Origin: Camelus ferus | Lineage: Eukaryota | Length of the DNA: 64,000 bases | Direction of reading: 5' to 3' | NCBI RefSeq assembly: GCF_009834535.1 | Contig: NC_045707.1 | Location: 60,762,001 to 60,826,000, forward strand | Part shown: piece by piece, positions 51,073-64,000 of the stretch | Numbering within the stretch: position 1 is the first letter of the stretch | Layout: every line of letters starts with the position of its first letter | Made by a program: the position numbers and the translations under genes | The notes under the pieces: model-generated | The model's database searches: none | What the model saw: the letters and a program-made list of their open reading frames with translations, nothing else | What the model was told of the DNA's origin: nothing

Positions 51073-53604
51073 AAAATTGTGACTCTCTAATACAAATATA
51101 AAATAAATGTATCAAAGATTTTATTTCACTCATTATTTAATAGAGGAAACCAGTGAGAAGTAAAAACTGGTTCAAAGGAAAATCCAAAGGAAAAGTACAT
51201 CTATAGGCAATTAGGGATACTGAATTGAATTTGCTGATAGATGCAAAATTGGCCTCTTCCATAGAGTGGAAATTGATGCACCTTCATTGGACAAAGTTCA
51301 CTTGTATTTCTAAAAATGGAATTATTTGCATCACCACCAGCCTTCTACAAGTTAATTTCAGTTTTTATAGACTTGCAAAATAATCAGGGACAATGAAAGA
51401 CACAGATCCCTGTAGAAATGGATAATACCAAAAGGGGCCTTTCTCCAGAGATTGTGTTTACAAAGAATTCTATCTGTATAGCCTGATCCTCTACACAGGA
51501 TCTACAGAATGGTTTAAATAGAAGTGAGATTTGAATAACGAATTTGAGAAACTTCCTGCTAAATAAGACTTACAAATTGCTGCCAAACTAAAGATATTCT
51601 TCTATTTTCATGCAGTCCCTCAACCCAATTCAGGGACATTGTGACAACACAATAACCATCTAAATTTTTAGTTTTCCTCATAAATTTTTATTAGGGCAGT
51701 TCATCTAGGCACTCTGGGAAACCTTGTCACAAGCCCTTGGCATCTCCACCTTGAGATGTATATGCAAATGGAGTGCTATCTCAGAGACTAGCATTTCTAT
51801 AGGAAGAAGAAATAGGTTTAAGATTCAAAATCAGACAAAACAGAGCATTTGAATATGGACTTATAGCCCCAATTAGGAAAGCTTGAAAATCATGATGAAA
51901 AAACTTAAAAACCAGCACCTTTGTTATCTGGCCCTCACTTGCTTCTTGAACACATTGTGCTTCTGTTTGGATATTTCATCCTCATTTTTGCATCAGGAAT
52001 CATGTTGCACAGTTTTGGTTTGGGTAGGTGATAAAGAAAGAAAAATACTCATGGTCTGATGAGGTGGCTCCTCAGAGCTCATGATAGATTTATTTACTCC
52101 TCTTTTGGGAGAAAAATATGGTCAAATAAGACAAGTTGAACACCTCACAACCAAATGGAAGATCAGCTTCTTGGATAGCTTCCCCACTCATAATTGTGAG
52201 AGAGTTGGAGACAAGAATTAAGAGTCAGTGATTGCAAAGGCAAAGACAAAGGAAGGTCCATTACAGGTCCAGGTGAAGGGACACCAGAGGAGTGAAGACT
52301 GAGAGGAGTCATCTAGGCCTGCCCTGTTTATTTTGCTTTCATCTTGGTCTAGGATGGCCCTCTAGGGTTTAAATACCAAAGTTGGTATTGAATGCACTAG
52401 TACAGGACTAGGGTCATTCTCTTATTCATCTCTTCATTCATGTATATACTGAACATACAGCAACTGTCATCTTGGTGCCCCTAAGTCCTCTAGTCTGTGT
52501 AGGTGCTTTCATATTTAACGTTTAAACAAAAATGGCTTGAGTACCTAGCTTACATGCCATGGAGAGTTCAGTGCCTTTCCCACGATTTCTGCAGACCCCA
52601 AGGGGATTGACTGTGCTCACTCTTTGCTCAGATGTTCTAGTCCTGCTGCATTCTCAACCCCCCTTACATTCCACTTCCTCTAGTTCTTCCCTTTCTCCAT
52701 CCGTTGTCTCCTTAGAAGGGAAAAATAACACATTTTTCTCTAATTTCCTCACTGATACAATTTCATGTGTAGCAAACATTTACAGAAGTTTGGAATAACT
52801 TTTGAAATAGTTTTACAATGCCAGACAGTAGAGCAAACAATTTACAATAAAGCATGCCTCTTCTTAAAACCCTTGGGGAAAAAAAGACGAAGGAAGTGTG
52901 GCAAAAAGTTGATAAAGTCTAAAATGAGTTGGTTATGTAGGGTTAATTTTTCCATTTTTGCCATTTTTACCTATTATAAAGTTTTCATAACAAGAGTTTA
53001 AACAAATACACTAGTCATGGGGCCATGGACAATATTTTGCTGTCAGAGTTAGGGTAAAGGCAGAGCTGCCACGTCAGAGTCTCCAAAATACAGAGGTTAA
53101 TGATACAGATGATTAGACGTTTATTTCACTCTCAGAACAGCTGACTCCTCACAGTCAGGCAGATTTCCACACACCTTCCATCATGTTTCCCTGCCTTCCC
53201 CTAGGGCCTTGTCCTTGACTGCACAGTCAAAGCAGGGCTGCAGACAAGTCTGTGTGACCATTCACAGAGAAGACAAAAGAGTGGAAACGCAGGCCAATTA
53301 CATTCTTGCTCAGCAAGTGAACAGAAGTTACACATGTCACTTCTACTCACGTACCAGAGTCAGAGGGCCACACCCGGCCACAAGAGTGACTAGAAAATGC
53401 AGCTTCTAACTAGGTGGCCATAGGCACAACTAAACTCTGTTCCTCTGGAAGAAGAGAAGGTGGCTCTTGGCAGACACCTAATAAGCTCCCCGCACCATCT
53501 GTCTCCTTCTGCAGGATCCCGGGCCTCCCTCCTTGGGATGGGGCTTCTGTGTTCCCTCATCCCTCCCTCATCCCCAGCTTCCAACATCTATATGATACCC
53601 ATTT

Positions 53605-54803
53605 GTTATGAGTGAGTTGTGCCCCTCCCCATTCATATACTGAAGTTCTAACCACCAGTACCTCAGAATGTGACTGCATTTGGAGAAAGGGTCTTTTATT
53701 AAACAGCTTTATTGAGCAGTAATTAATATACAAAAAACTGCCAAAAGTTTCCTCCTGCCCCCCTCCTTATGTGTGTGTGTGTGTGCACAGTAGTAACACT
53801 AAATTTGAGATCTACCCTCTTAACAGATCTTTCAGTGTACAGTACTGTTAACTACAGGCACTATGTTGTACAGCAGATCTCCAAAATGTGTTCATCTTGC
53901 ATAACTGAAATTTTATACCTATCGAACAACAGCTCCCCATTTTCTCCTCCCTCCAGCCCCTGGTACCATTCCACTTTCTGTTTCTATGAGTATGACTATT
54001 TTAGATACTTTATATAAGTGAGATCATAACAAGATATCACCTCACACCTGTTAGGATGGCTGTTATCAAAAACACAAAAGACAAGTATTGGTGAGGATGT
54101 GGAGAAATTGAAACCCTTGTGTAATTGTTGGTGGGAATGTAAAATGGTGCAGCTGTTATGGAAAACAGTATGGACGTTCCTCAAAAAAATTTAAAATAGA
54201 ACTACCATACAATCCAGCAATCTCACTTCTGAGTGTATGTCCAGAAGAATTGGCATCAGGATCTCAGAGATATCTGCACTCCTATGTTCATTGTGGCATT
54301 ATTCCCAATAGCCAAAATATAGAAACTATCTAAATGTCCATTGATGGATGAATAGATAAAGAAAATGTGGTATATACATACAATGGAATATTATTCTGCC
54401 TTAAAAAGTAAGGAAATTCTACAATATGCAACAACTAAGTCCAGGTTCCTATGGATGAAACTGGAAGACATCATGCTAAGTGAAATAAGTCAGTCACAGA
54501 AGGAGATCGTCTTTAAAGAGGTAATTAAGTTAAAATGAAGTCGTTAAAAGTGGGCCCTAAGCCAACATGACTGGTGTCCTTATAAGAAGAGACCGGGAGA
54601 CAGACACACACAAAGGAAGGACCATGTGATGACAGAGGGAAAAAATGGCTGTCTACAAGACAGAGAGGCTTCAGAAAAAACCAACACTGCTGGCACCTTG
54701 ATCTTGAACTCCTAGCCTTCAGAACTATGAGAAATTTAATTTCTGTTGTTTAAGCCACCCAGTCTGTTTTCCATTGTTATGGCAGCCCAAGCAAACTAAT
54801 ACC
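53605..54803 (+). mobile_element. MLT1B-like MaLR LTR interrupted by an inverted L1 insertion (53697-54501)
   Basis: LTR reads through as '...ggagaaagggtcttt / aaagaggtaattaagttaaaatga...gcagcccaagcaaactaatac'. Confidence 0.85.
53697..54501 (-). mobile_element. 5'-inverted (twin-primed) truncated L1 (L1MA-like)
   Basis: 53697-54028 is an L1 3' UTR on the minus strand; 54029-54501 is the adjacent upstream ORF2 end on the plus strand. Confidence 0.8.
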
Positions 54804-55814
54804 ATGCTTCTCTTTAATGCAGAACAGTTTTATTCTCCACTAAACTTCTGAACCCACGAAAGCCTCTCTTGGTAAACCCTTAACCTCATTAAAGCTCTCT
54901 GCTAAACAAAAGGCCATTCTCTCAGGATATCTGCCCATTCGTAACATAGAGTACCCAACAAGCTGGGAAATTAGCCTTTCCTTGAACAAGATCAAACTCT
55001 TTGGCACACCAGTCTCCTTAAGTTGGAAGGGAGCAGTATAAAAGTCTATTCTTCCTTCATAAAAAAAAATGCTACCTCATTAGGAGCTGGAAGCATCTAC
55101 AGCCGGATTTTCTTTTGTTTGCCTGAAACAGCCGTTTCCCCCTTCCCACCACATTCGCATGCACTCCTTCACCCATTCCTTTAACCGGAATCTGGTAAGA
55201 GCCTCCGGGCTTCAGGCCACTATGTGGAAGATGCGTGGCCTGAGTGCAGCACATCAGCTCCAGCCCTCATGGGGCTCACATCCCAGCGGAGAGGCAGACA
55301 TGAAAAGAGTAAACAGCCCAGTAAAATATAAGTTGCTAGTTATGAAGGACTGTAATGAAAGTCTCAGGTACTGTGACAGAGAATAAGGCAAGCAGGTTTA
55401 AACCACTTTAGAGCTCTCTGAGGAGAAGACACAGTACAAATCCTGTAGGATGGGAAGGCACAAACATGTCAAGTGGAAAACTAGGGGAAGAGCATTGCTG
55501 GAGGGGCTATTCAGGGGAATATATCCAGGGATGTTTTTCTTGATTAAAAAGGAATGAGGCACCATGTCCATCTAGGCACTGGAAATAGAGCAGTGGAGGG
55601 AAAAAAGAAACTCTCTTCTTATAGAGCTTATGGTCTAGTGGAAGGAGATTTAAAAAACAAATAAATAAGTGAATGTATAATATGACAGATGATGGTAAAT
55701 GCTGTGAAGGGAAAAATAAAGCAGGATAGCAGAAAAGAGTAAAAGGGTAAAGGGAGGTTGCTCTTTGGTCTAAGGAGGAGAGAGAAAGCTTTTTCTGATG
55801 AAATAAGATTTGAA

Positions 55815-56178
55815 GTTTTTTTTTCCTTTTTTAAAATTGAAGTATCATTGAACAATGTTGTGTTAGTTTCAGGTGTACAGCTAAGTGATTCAGTCATATA
55901 TATACATATGAATTTTTTTCCCAAATACTTTTCCATTATAGATTATTACAAGATACTGAATATAGTTCCCTATGCTATAGAGTAGGTCCTTGTTGTTTAT
56001 CTATTTTATATACAGTAGTGTGTATATGTTAATCCCAAACTTTAATTTATCCCTCACCCCCTTTTCCTCTTTGGTAACCATAAAATTGTTTTCTATGTCT
56101 ATGAGTCTGCTTCTGGTTTGTAAATAAGTTCATTTGTATTTTTTTTTTTTTAGATTCCACATTATTATAAGTGATCTC
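55815..56178 (-). mobile_element. Truncated L1 3' end inserted in an L2
   Basis: 'attgaagtatcattgaacaatgttgtgttagtttcaggtgtacagc...tagattccacat'; related to 4571 and 41992 copies. Confidence 0.85.
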
Positions 56179-59100
56179 TTTCCACATATAAGCAACATAC
56201 AAGATATGTTGTTTCAGAGAGACTTGAAGGGAGCTATGCAGCATCTGAGGAAGAGCATTCAAAGGGCAGGGAACAGCAAGCACCAAGCCTACTCAGACAC
56301 TGCAAGGAGGTCAGGGGGCTGGAGAGTGGTAGGAAATGATGCCAGAAATGAGTTGATGTGCACCCATGTCAACCAAGGTTGGGTGTCTGGATATGATCAG
56401 TTAGATGACATGAAACTGGAGCACTGGAGGGTTTGGGGCAAAAGAGGAATGCAGTTTTACAAGGATCATTCCAGCTGCTGTGTAAAAAATAGTCTGTTGG
56501 GGGCAAGAGTGGAGGCTGGGAGGGCCATGAGGAGGGTAATAACAGTAATCCAGGGCACAGATACTGGTGGTTGGATGTGTGGCTATTGTGGAGGTGGTGA
56601 AAAGCTGTCAGGTTAAAGCTGTCAGGTTGCAGACACATTTTGTTGTTGAAGCCAAAAGGACTTGCCAAATGGATGCATGTAGGTGTGACATGGAGGGATC
56701 CACGATGACTTCAGGGTTTGGCCTGAGCAGCCAAAAGGATGGAGTTGCCACTCATGGAGCTGAATGGGGCTGTGGATCTCCGTGCATTCTCCTGTGCGGA
56801 GTTCAGTGCTGCTCTGCCGAGGGGTCCACATCTCTAGCACGAATTACTGCTGACAGTTGCAGGGCAGAAGAGAAAGGAACCAACATTTGTTGAGGGTTTA
56901 ATGTTTGCCACTCACTCTATCTGCTGCTTTATTATACATTATCTCATTTTTTCTCCACCAAAAAATCTACTAATTTCTTTTTTTTATAAAAAAAAAAAAG
57001 AGTGGATTAATGAAACCGAGACCACGTGGGGTTAAGAAGTAGTCCCCAGGTCAACCAAGTCAAAAGTGGCAAAGCCTCTCCAAACTCAGGAAGTCTGTCT
57101 GGCTCTCAGATGTATATGCATCCTATTGTTATGGGACAGGATGCTTGAAAGGTGCTCAGAAAGACAGACAGGCCCAGGGCTCAAGAGATCATTGGGGAAA
57201 GTAGGAAAAAGTCTCAAATAAACCAGAAAATTCTTTAAAACCAGTTCTTCTCAGGTTCAGTATCTGGACTGAGCCACATTCTTTGCTTAGCTCCGCACTG
57301 CATGTTCCTCCGTTGCCACAGTCCAGCCTTTCCCTCTCCCTCCCCCTAGTCATTCTGAGACATCCATCAAGGGACAGTCCCAGCTATGGAGATGGGCAAC
57401 TTGGCTACAGAAATACTACTAAGTCTTTATCTCTAAACCCTTCCACACTGCTGCCATCTCTACCTAATTGTAAATTCAGTTATCAAGTTAAACTTCAAGT
57501 TTAGAACTTGTCAACTGTAACCCAGTCCCTCTTCCGCTATTTCCCACTTCTGGCATGGCATTATGATTTTACCTGTCAGCTGGGCTTGACGCTAAGTCTC
57601 TTGTCTCACATCCATGCAGGTCTAAGATCTACCTCCTTAATGTCTTTCACAGCCTTTCTACAATAGAAGGTCACTGACAACTGCTCTGCCATGCCCTTCA
57701 GGACCTCCCACCTGGATTTTAGCAGTAATCTCCTGTGTCCCATCCCATCTCAATCAGTTTCTCCTTCCATCCATCCCATTTCTCTTTGTCAGATTGATTT
57801 TTTTCTAAAGCTCAGCTCTGATTATGTCACACTACTACTTAAAAACTGTCAATGTTTCCCTGTTGCTGCTGAAATAAATATATATCCTCAAATTCCCATT
57901 CAAGCCCCACGCAATTCCATTTCTCATCCCTAATCTCCCTGTGTATCATCTTCTATGGATAACTGCGGTAAAGTGCTTCTATGCGCTATTTCCATCTGAC
58001 TTTTCCATCTCCATTCATTTGCTGACACCGAGATGCCTTCATCCCTCTGCCCCTGCTGCCATTAGAATCCTACAATCATCCAAGACTTACCTCACATCCT
58101 GTCTCCTCCATAAAGTAATTTGCTGGTGACCTCTTCCTTGAGGGTTCTCTTCTTCTCTGCCTCTTAACATAAACCTCTCTTGTGACATTTATCAAGACAC
58201 TTACGGGTTGGTTTTGTTTTGGTTTTTTTTCCTCATGTAGTGTATACAAATTTACAGCTCCAAATACAGATGGTCAATAAATGTCAATTCAAAAATCATA
58301 TCTGACTCCAAGTCCCAGTACCTCCATATTAGTGGAGAATTCAGTCTTCCCTAGAGATGAATGAGAAGTCAAGAAGCTTACATGGTATCCTACTGAGCCC
58401 ATCATTTGGTTTCATTATCCAAGTCTTCACTATTCCTTGAATGGAACCCACTAGCTGGGACATACCCTCTTTCCATGGTCTACTCTTCCCCTCTAAGCTC
58501 TGTCCTCCTGTTTAAGGTGGTGTTGGAAGGAGGGGCAGGCTCCTGCTACCTATGGATCCTGCTGAATTCTATTTCCTTTCCTTTGAGGGAAATTTCCCCC
58601 CTCTTGGCCCTCAAAGATACTCCTTTTTTCCTGCCTCTCCTTAATAGATACCTGATATTTTCACAAGTCATAAAATGTTTACAAAGGACAGAAGGAGAGA
58701 TTGTCTTCCTGTATTTCCTGAAACACAAAACTCCCTGAGGCAAAGGAGCAGTCTTCTTAGTCTGGGGGAGGCTGCAAAGTCACAGAGAACAAACACAAGT
58801 TCTTATCTCAATCAGGAATCCTGCCACACTTGTCCAGGTTTTCTGGTGACAGCAACAGCCTCACTCACGTTTCTGTCCTTTGCAGCCTGTGCACTTTGCA
58901 AGTGTATCTGATACAATAAATAGGCAAGACTCAAGAGGATTCAGGAAATGTCCATTTTTTTGTTGTGTCTTGTTTTTCCTCTATTACTGCTGTCAAACAT
59001 TCTGTAGGTTCTCCTTTCTCTGCCTTTGGACAGTATCTCAGGCAGATCCCTTGGCTTCACCTGTCCTTTCAAGTATTAGAACACTCTTATTTCAGTGATT

Positions 59101-59899
59101 GGGAAATCCGGCCCAATCTAATATCAAACTTTGCTAACTGACAGCTCTGGAATGTTGCTCTACCTCAAGTCAGGTGAAGGAAGCAGCCAGAGAACCTCTC
59201 AGAGCCAAGAGTGAGGTGTCTGTCACAAAGGGGAAGGGACAGCTCACCTAGTCCCCAGCTGGATGCTCACTGACATGGCCCGATTCTCCTACCAGGGCAG
59301 GGAATCTGTATGTGATCACAAGTTTGAGTGTGTGCCTAATGAAGACAGAGGCTGCCCTGATGATCCCGATGGCCCCTGATGGCAGGGCAAGGAGAGTGGT
59401 CTGATTATCTAGGTTTCAGTGGGAGCAAGGGGACAGGGGCCAAGGGAGGCAAGACCTCATGATGTTTTCTAGGAGGCCAAGTGGACACTATGAAAGGAAG
59501 CTGAGTAGAAGAGCTGAGTGGGAATGACCCAAAGAGTACATTACGCACAGCAGAGAATAGAGCAGAGTGGAATTACGGAAGTGGGCATCCATAGACATGG
59601 ATCCAGTCCAGGCTTGCTGTGCAGGTGGCATTGGACTTCAGCCTTCACCAGCTGAGACCCAGCAGGGTAAAGGAGCCCAGAGCCCCAAGACTGGGTGTGG
59701 TCATCACTCTAATGTTATGGCCTGCTGCTCTTCTACTGCTAGGTACTATAGAAGTTCTGTTTCTTCCCTTCCCTTCTCCTTCCTTCTTTTTGTTTCTATC
59801 TTCTCTCACACACACACTCGGTTTCTGTTGTTCTCATGCAAGCTGCCTCACTCAGCTGCAAGCTCACTCACTCTTCTCACTCTTACACCCTCACACGTG

Positions 59900-60215
59900 T
59901 TTTTATACTAGGTTTCATTAAGAAAGGAAATTTGTGAGAAAATGTGATAAATTTTAAAAAGTATGAGCTAAGTGCAGTAAACTTGGAGAAATAGCAAAGC
60001 CTATTTGTTCAGATTCCACTTAGTGTCTTAGAGAGAAGGATGTTCCTTTCTATTAGGTTTAGGGAGGGCACCTCTCCTATAGAGTTTCATGTCCTGCTTC
60101 AGGGGAAGTTCAGAAAATCTTTCTTGCATGTGTGGTGTCATGTCAAAATATTTGGTATGTCAAGGTGTTGTATGTTGGAGCAGTCTATCCTGTACCCTGT
60201 CACAGGGGAGAAGGA
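59900..60215. mobile_element. ERV1-type LTR fragment (MER41/MER4-group-like)
   Basis: 'cctgcttcaggggaagttcagaaaatctttcttgca...aaaatatttggtatgtcaaggtg' resembles ERV1 LTR ends; family uncertain. Confidence 0.45.
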
Positions 60216-61614
60216 GTTTGTCTAGAGTCCTTACTTGGGCTGTGAAAGGCAAGGTGACATTTTATGGTAATTAGAGCTTCTTTGATATGGAATTACATAG
60301 AATTTATATGAGGGCAATTATATAAAAACAGGGCACCTAAATAAGAGGCAGTTATTCTATCAGGAAATATAGATGCTGATGCAGGAATGCTGCTGGCAGC
60401 AATGCATGGGAGTCGGTGGTGGTGGGGACATTGCCAATCACAGGGAGTGAGTTGGAGGACAACATCATTTAGTTTTCTATAGAAAGACCCAGATTGGGGT
60501 ATGCAAATTACAAAGCTATGCAAAGAAGGATTTGAATTCTCTTTTTCCTGGCTGAAAACTTCCTGATTCAATGCTGAGGACATAGCCCATCAGCTAGATT
60601 GTTCTGTATAATAGCCAAAACCATCTGGACACAATCAGGGTATTCCTGAACCTGTGCTCTTGGAGCACGGACAGTATTCATGAGTCTTCTAGTGGCCAAC
60701 CTTACCTAAGGTGCAAGTGCATATAGAATTATTAGCAATGGAAAAGCATAGATTACAGTCCCCAGAAACTATTTCCTTCTGAAGGGGATTTCTGATAGCA
60801 CATCAGTTTCTGATGTTGGAGGCATGGAAATATGTCTGCCACAGAGTTGCAGAATTTTTGAGTTAATAGATAGAGGTCATTAGTTTTCACCTCTCAATCA
60901 ATGAAAGATTTTCTAGAGGATGTCAGTAATATTAACAATAACCACTAAATAACAATGAGGTGATAGTACCTCATCTTCATGGAGTGCTTGCTCTATGCAC
61001 AATGCTAATGCAAGGATTATCTCATTTAAAAATGGTAATAGCTACCATTTCTTGAGCACCTTCTCTGTGCCAGGCACTTAATTCACACTCTCTCACACTC
61101 TCTCTTTCCATCTTCACATGATATCAGCAAACTCGGTAGTATTTTCATTTCACTGAGAAGGAAACTGAAGCCATTAAGTAAAGCAATTTATCTCTAAGTC
61201 AACATAGTGAATGAGTGGGAGAGCCCAGGGTCGATACTGAAATATTTAACCTCAAGTGTGGCCAAGGTACCAGCCAGTGAGAACAGACATTGGCCCCTGG
61301 AGGTCCCCTTCTGGGGAATTAACTCTTTAGTAATTGGACCCTGGAGGAGTGGGGCTGGGGGAAAGTTTTGGGGACAGATCTGAGACATCCAGGTTTGCTG
61401 GGAGTGAGGATGGGGCTCACTTGGGCACTCAGGGAAGGAGTTATTTACCAGCAGTATGGAAGAATTTCAATATTTAATTTCATATTTAATAGTTAATATA
61501 ATATTTAATATTAAATAAAGTATTTTAGTCAACCCAATATGGCCATCAGGATGACTGACCATCACCCCTTGGCAAAACAGAAGATTTAAGCCTGTATCTG
61601 CTTGATGCCAGTGC

Positions 61615-61617
<3 letters not shown>

Positions 61618-61672
<55 letters not shown>

Positions 61673-61674
61673 GC
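61618..61674. repeat. (GT)n(GC)n compound microsatellite
   Basis: Directly visible 57-bp alternating purine-pyrimidine run. Confidence 0.95.
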
Positions 61675-62197
61675 TGGTTCTTTTGTTGTGTATAGCTTCC
61701 CTGTATATCTTCTTAATTATTTCCACTAAGGGCTCATCACTTCAGGGAGCAAGGCTGAATAACCCGACATCGTCCATTATGTAAACCTGAACAGAGCTGT
61801 TTTTAATTCCCACTCCCTGGTCCTGGTGGAACCTTCTGGAGCAATACTGAACACATAGTTCCTCCTGCATATGATGCTTTTACACTTTTTCAGATTCTTT
61901 TCTTTTCAGCAAAATACATTCATATCATGAGTCAGCATGTTTGAATTTTTCTGCTTTCCTCTTATTTATTTTTATAATAACCCTCTACACCAAACCATTC
62001 TGATCTTAGTTAGAAATAATTATTTTTATCTTTGACAAGCAAAAAAGCATCTCTGCTAGGGGAAGAGATTCTCACAGAAGTAGGGTGCCCTATCCTGGGA
62101 CTCCTAAGTCAAAAGGCCTGGTTTCAGATTTTTCCTCCTTTAACTACAGTCTGTGAGAAAAGTGTGTTAATCTCATTTCCCACATCTGTAAGATGGA

Positions 62198-63188
62198 GGA
62201 AATTTTATGTGTCAACATGACTGGGCCATGAGATACTCAGATATTTGGTCAAATGTTATTCTGAGAATTTCTGTGAGGAAGTTTAGGTGAGATTAACATT
62301 TGAATCAGTAGACTGAATAAAGCAGACTGCCCTCCCTAATATGGGCGAGCCTCGTCCAATCATTTGAAGGCCTGAACAGAACTAAAAAGCTGACCCTCTC
62401 CTGGGTAAGAGGGAATTCTTCCTGCCTGATTTGAACTGAGACATTGAGTTTTTTTCTGCCTTCAGAGTCCAACTGAAATGTTAGCTCTTCCTAGATCTCA
62501 AGCCCACTGAATTTTGAATTACAACTACAGCACAAACTCCCCAGATTGCCGACTCACCCTGCAGATTTTAAGACTGTTAAGCCTCTTGCATGAGCCAATT
62601 CTTTACTTTATATATATATATAACATACATATGCACACAGCGTATCTTGTTTTATTGTGCTTCTCTTTGTTGTGCTTCACAGATAATGCTTTTTTTTAAA
62701 TTGAAGGTTTGTAGCAACCCTGCATCAAATCAAGCCTTGTATCAATTGACACCATTTTTCAAACAGCATTTAATTTGCTGTCTTTGTGTATCTCTGTCGC
62801 ATGTTGGTAATTCTCACAATATTTCAAACTTTTTCGTTATTATTATACTTATTATGATGATCCATGATCAGTGAACTTTGACATTACTACTATGACTCCT
62901 GAAAGCCAGATAAATGGTTAGCATTTTTTAGCAATAAAGTATTTTTATTTTAAGGTATGTACCTTGTTTTTCTAGCTATAATGCTTTAGTCCACTTAGTA
63001 GACTACAGTATAGTGTAAACATAAATTTTATATGCATTGGGAAACCAAAAAACTCATGAGACTCACTTAATTACAGTTTTTGCTTTATTGCAGTGATCTG
63101 GACCTGAATCCACAATATCTCTGAGACATGTCTGTGTGTATATAGGTTTGATTCTTGGTTCAGTTTCTCCAGAGAACCCTAACTAATA
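62198..63188. mobile_element. ERVL LTR (MLT2-like) interrupted by a Tigger1 derivative
   Basis: 'aattttatgtgtcaacatgactgggcca...' start and 'tttctccagagaaccctaactaata' end. Confidence 0.85.
62638..63134. mobile_element. Internally deleted Tigger1-like DNA transposon
   Basis: Both termini present: 'cagcgtatcttgttttattgtgcttc' and 'ctttattgcagtgatctgg...caatatctctgagacatgtctg'. Confidence 0.8.
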
Positions 63189-64000
63189 TGAGGATAATAA
63201 CAGGAATTACCTTATGAGGCTGTTGTGAGATTAAAGTCTATTTATGGTTCTTAGTTTACAAAGTAAGTGCTCATTAATTGTTATTTAAAAAAAAAAGTCA
63301 TGTAATGTATACTCCTGATATTAACAAATATAATTCCCACAAAAGCCCAAAGCAAAAAAATCTAAGAAAAACTCCACATATTCTCCCAAGCAGAATTCTC
63401 TAGGTCACCCTAGAGGTGATCTGGTCAACCTCACCATGTTCAGATGAAGAAACTCAAGACCAAAAAGTGGAACATCTTGCCCTGGGACTAAAATCCTGTG
63501 TATACTTGGCTACAGTTCACCTCCTCTCAAAATAAAATCTCACACCACCATTACTTCAACTGACAGAATTAAGTATTTCAGTTTTCCTGCTTCCATTTCT
63601 AGAATGTATACACCTACTCTGTAGCCATTGGATTGACTTTGCAATTCTCTTTTGCATGTCCATCTTCCTGTGACATTATAGCTTAGAGGGAAGGACCAGA
63701 TCTCTTCTTCTCGGTATCCCTCAGAGCCCAGCATAATTCTCTGTATGTAGTAGGTGCTTGGTAACCAAACAGAATGTGTAAGTAAATGAATGAACAGTTT
63801 GAAATCTTTAGTTCTGTAGCATTGATTCAGGTGACCTGGAGTAACTCCTCTCTCAGTGCCACCTTCTTCCCACCCTCCAGACCTTGGGGCACCATACAGA
63901 CTGTCACTAACAGAACAGGCAGACATGCTGCAAAACAAAACACATGCTCCATATCACAGAATACTTGAGAACACGTTCCTCTGAAATGCAAGTGGGTCTT

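Noticed and set aside
61502..61517. 16-bp perfect palindrome TATTTAATATTAAATA
   Set aside because: Sits in an all-AT patch where such palindromes arise readily.
1..64000. CRISPR arrays, operons, phage or other prokaryotic systems
   Set aside because: The sequence is intron-containing mammalian DNA; no repeat-spacer array or foreign-composition insert was seen.

Overview
Mammalian (eukaryotic) genomic DNA, most likely a camelid. The basis is a tRNA-derived SINE of the vic-1 type plus cetartiodactyl-type L1 3' ends, with no BovB, Bov-tA, PRE1 or Alu seen. The window holds the last 12 coding exons of OSBPL8/ORP8 (+ strand, 1705-21726; all GT-AG introns, phases consistent, 438 codons plus stop) and its ~4.1 kb 3' UTR. 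About 1.9 kb downstream lie the CpG-island promoter and two-exon gene BBS10 (+ strand, 27790-30373). From ~32 kb to the end there is gene-free sequence made largely of L1, L2, MIR, MaLR/ERVL LTRs and DNA-transposon fossils. The clearest anomaly is a +1 frameshift in BBS10 exon 2 at 28921-28922 (ATC AGTA GCT where ATC ATA/GTA GCT is expected), which truncates a 716-aa frame to 251 aa. It is either a real null allele or a consensus artefact that merges both alleles of an A/G SNP. Other points of interest are two candidate cryptic/poison exons in OSBPL8 introns, several nested or inverted transposon insertions with readable target-site duplications, and a homeodomain-motif-rich candidate enhancer. 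I see no convincing evidence of a new biological system. Repeat family names and human protein comparisons are from memory, not from database searches, and repeat boundaries are approximate.
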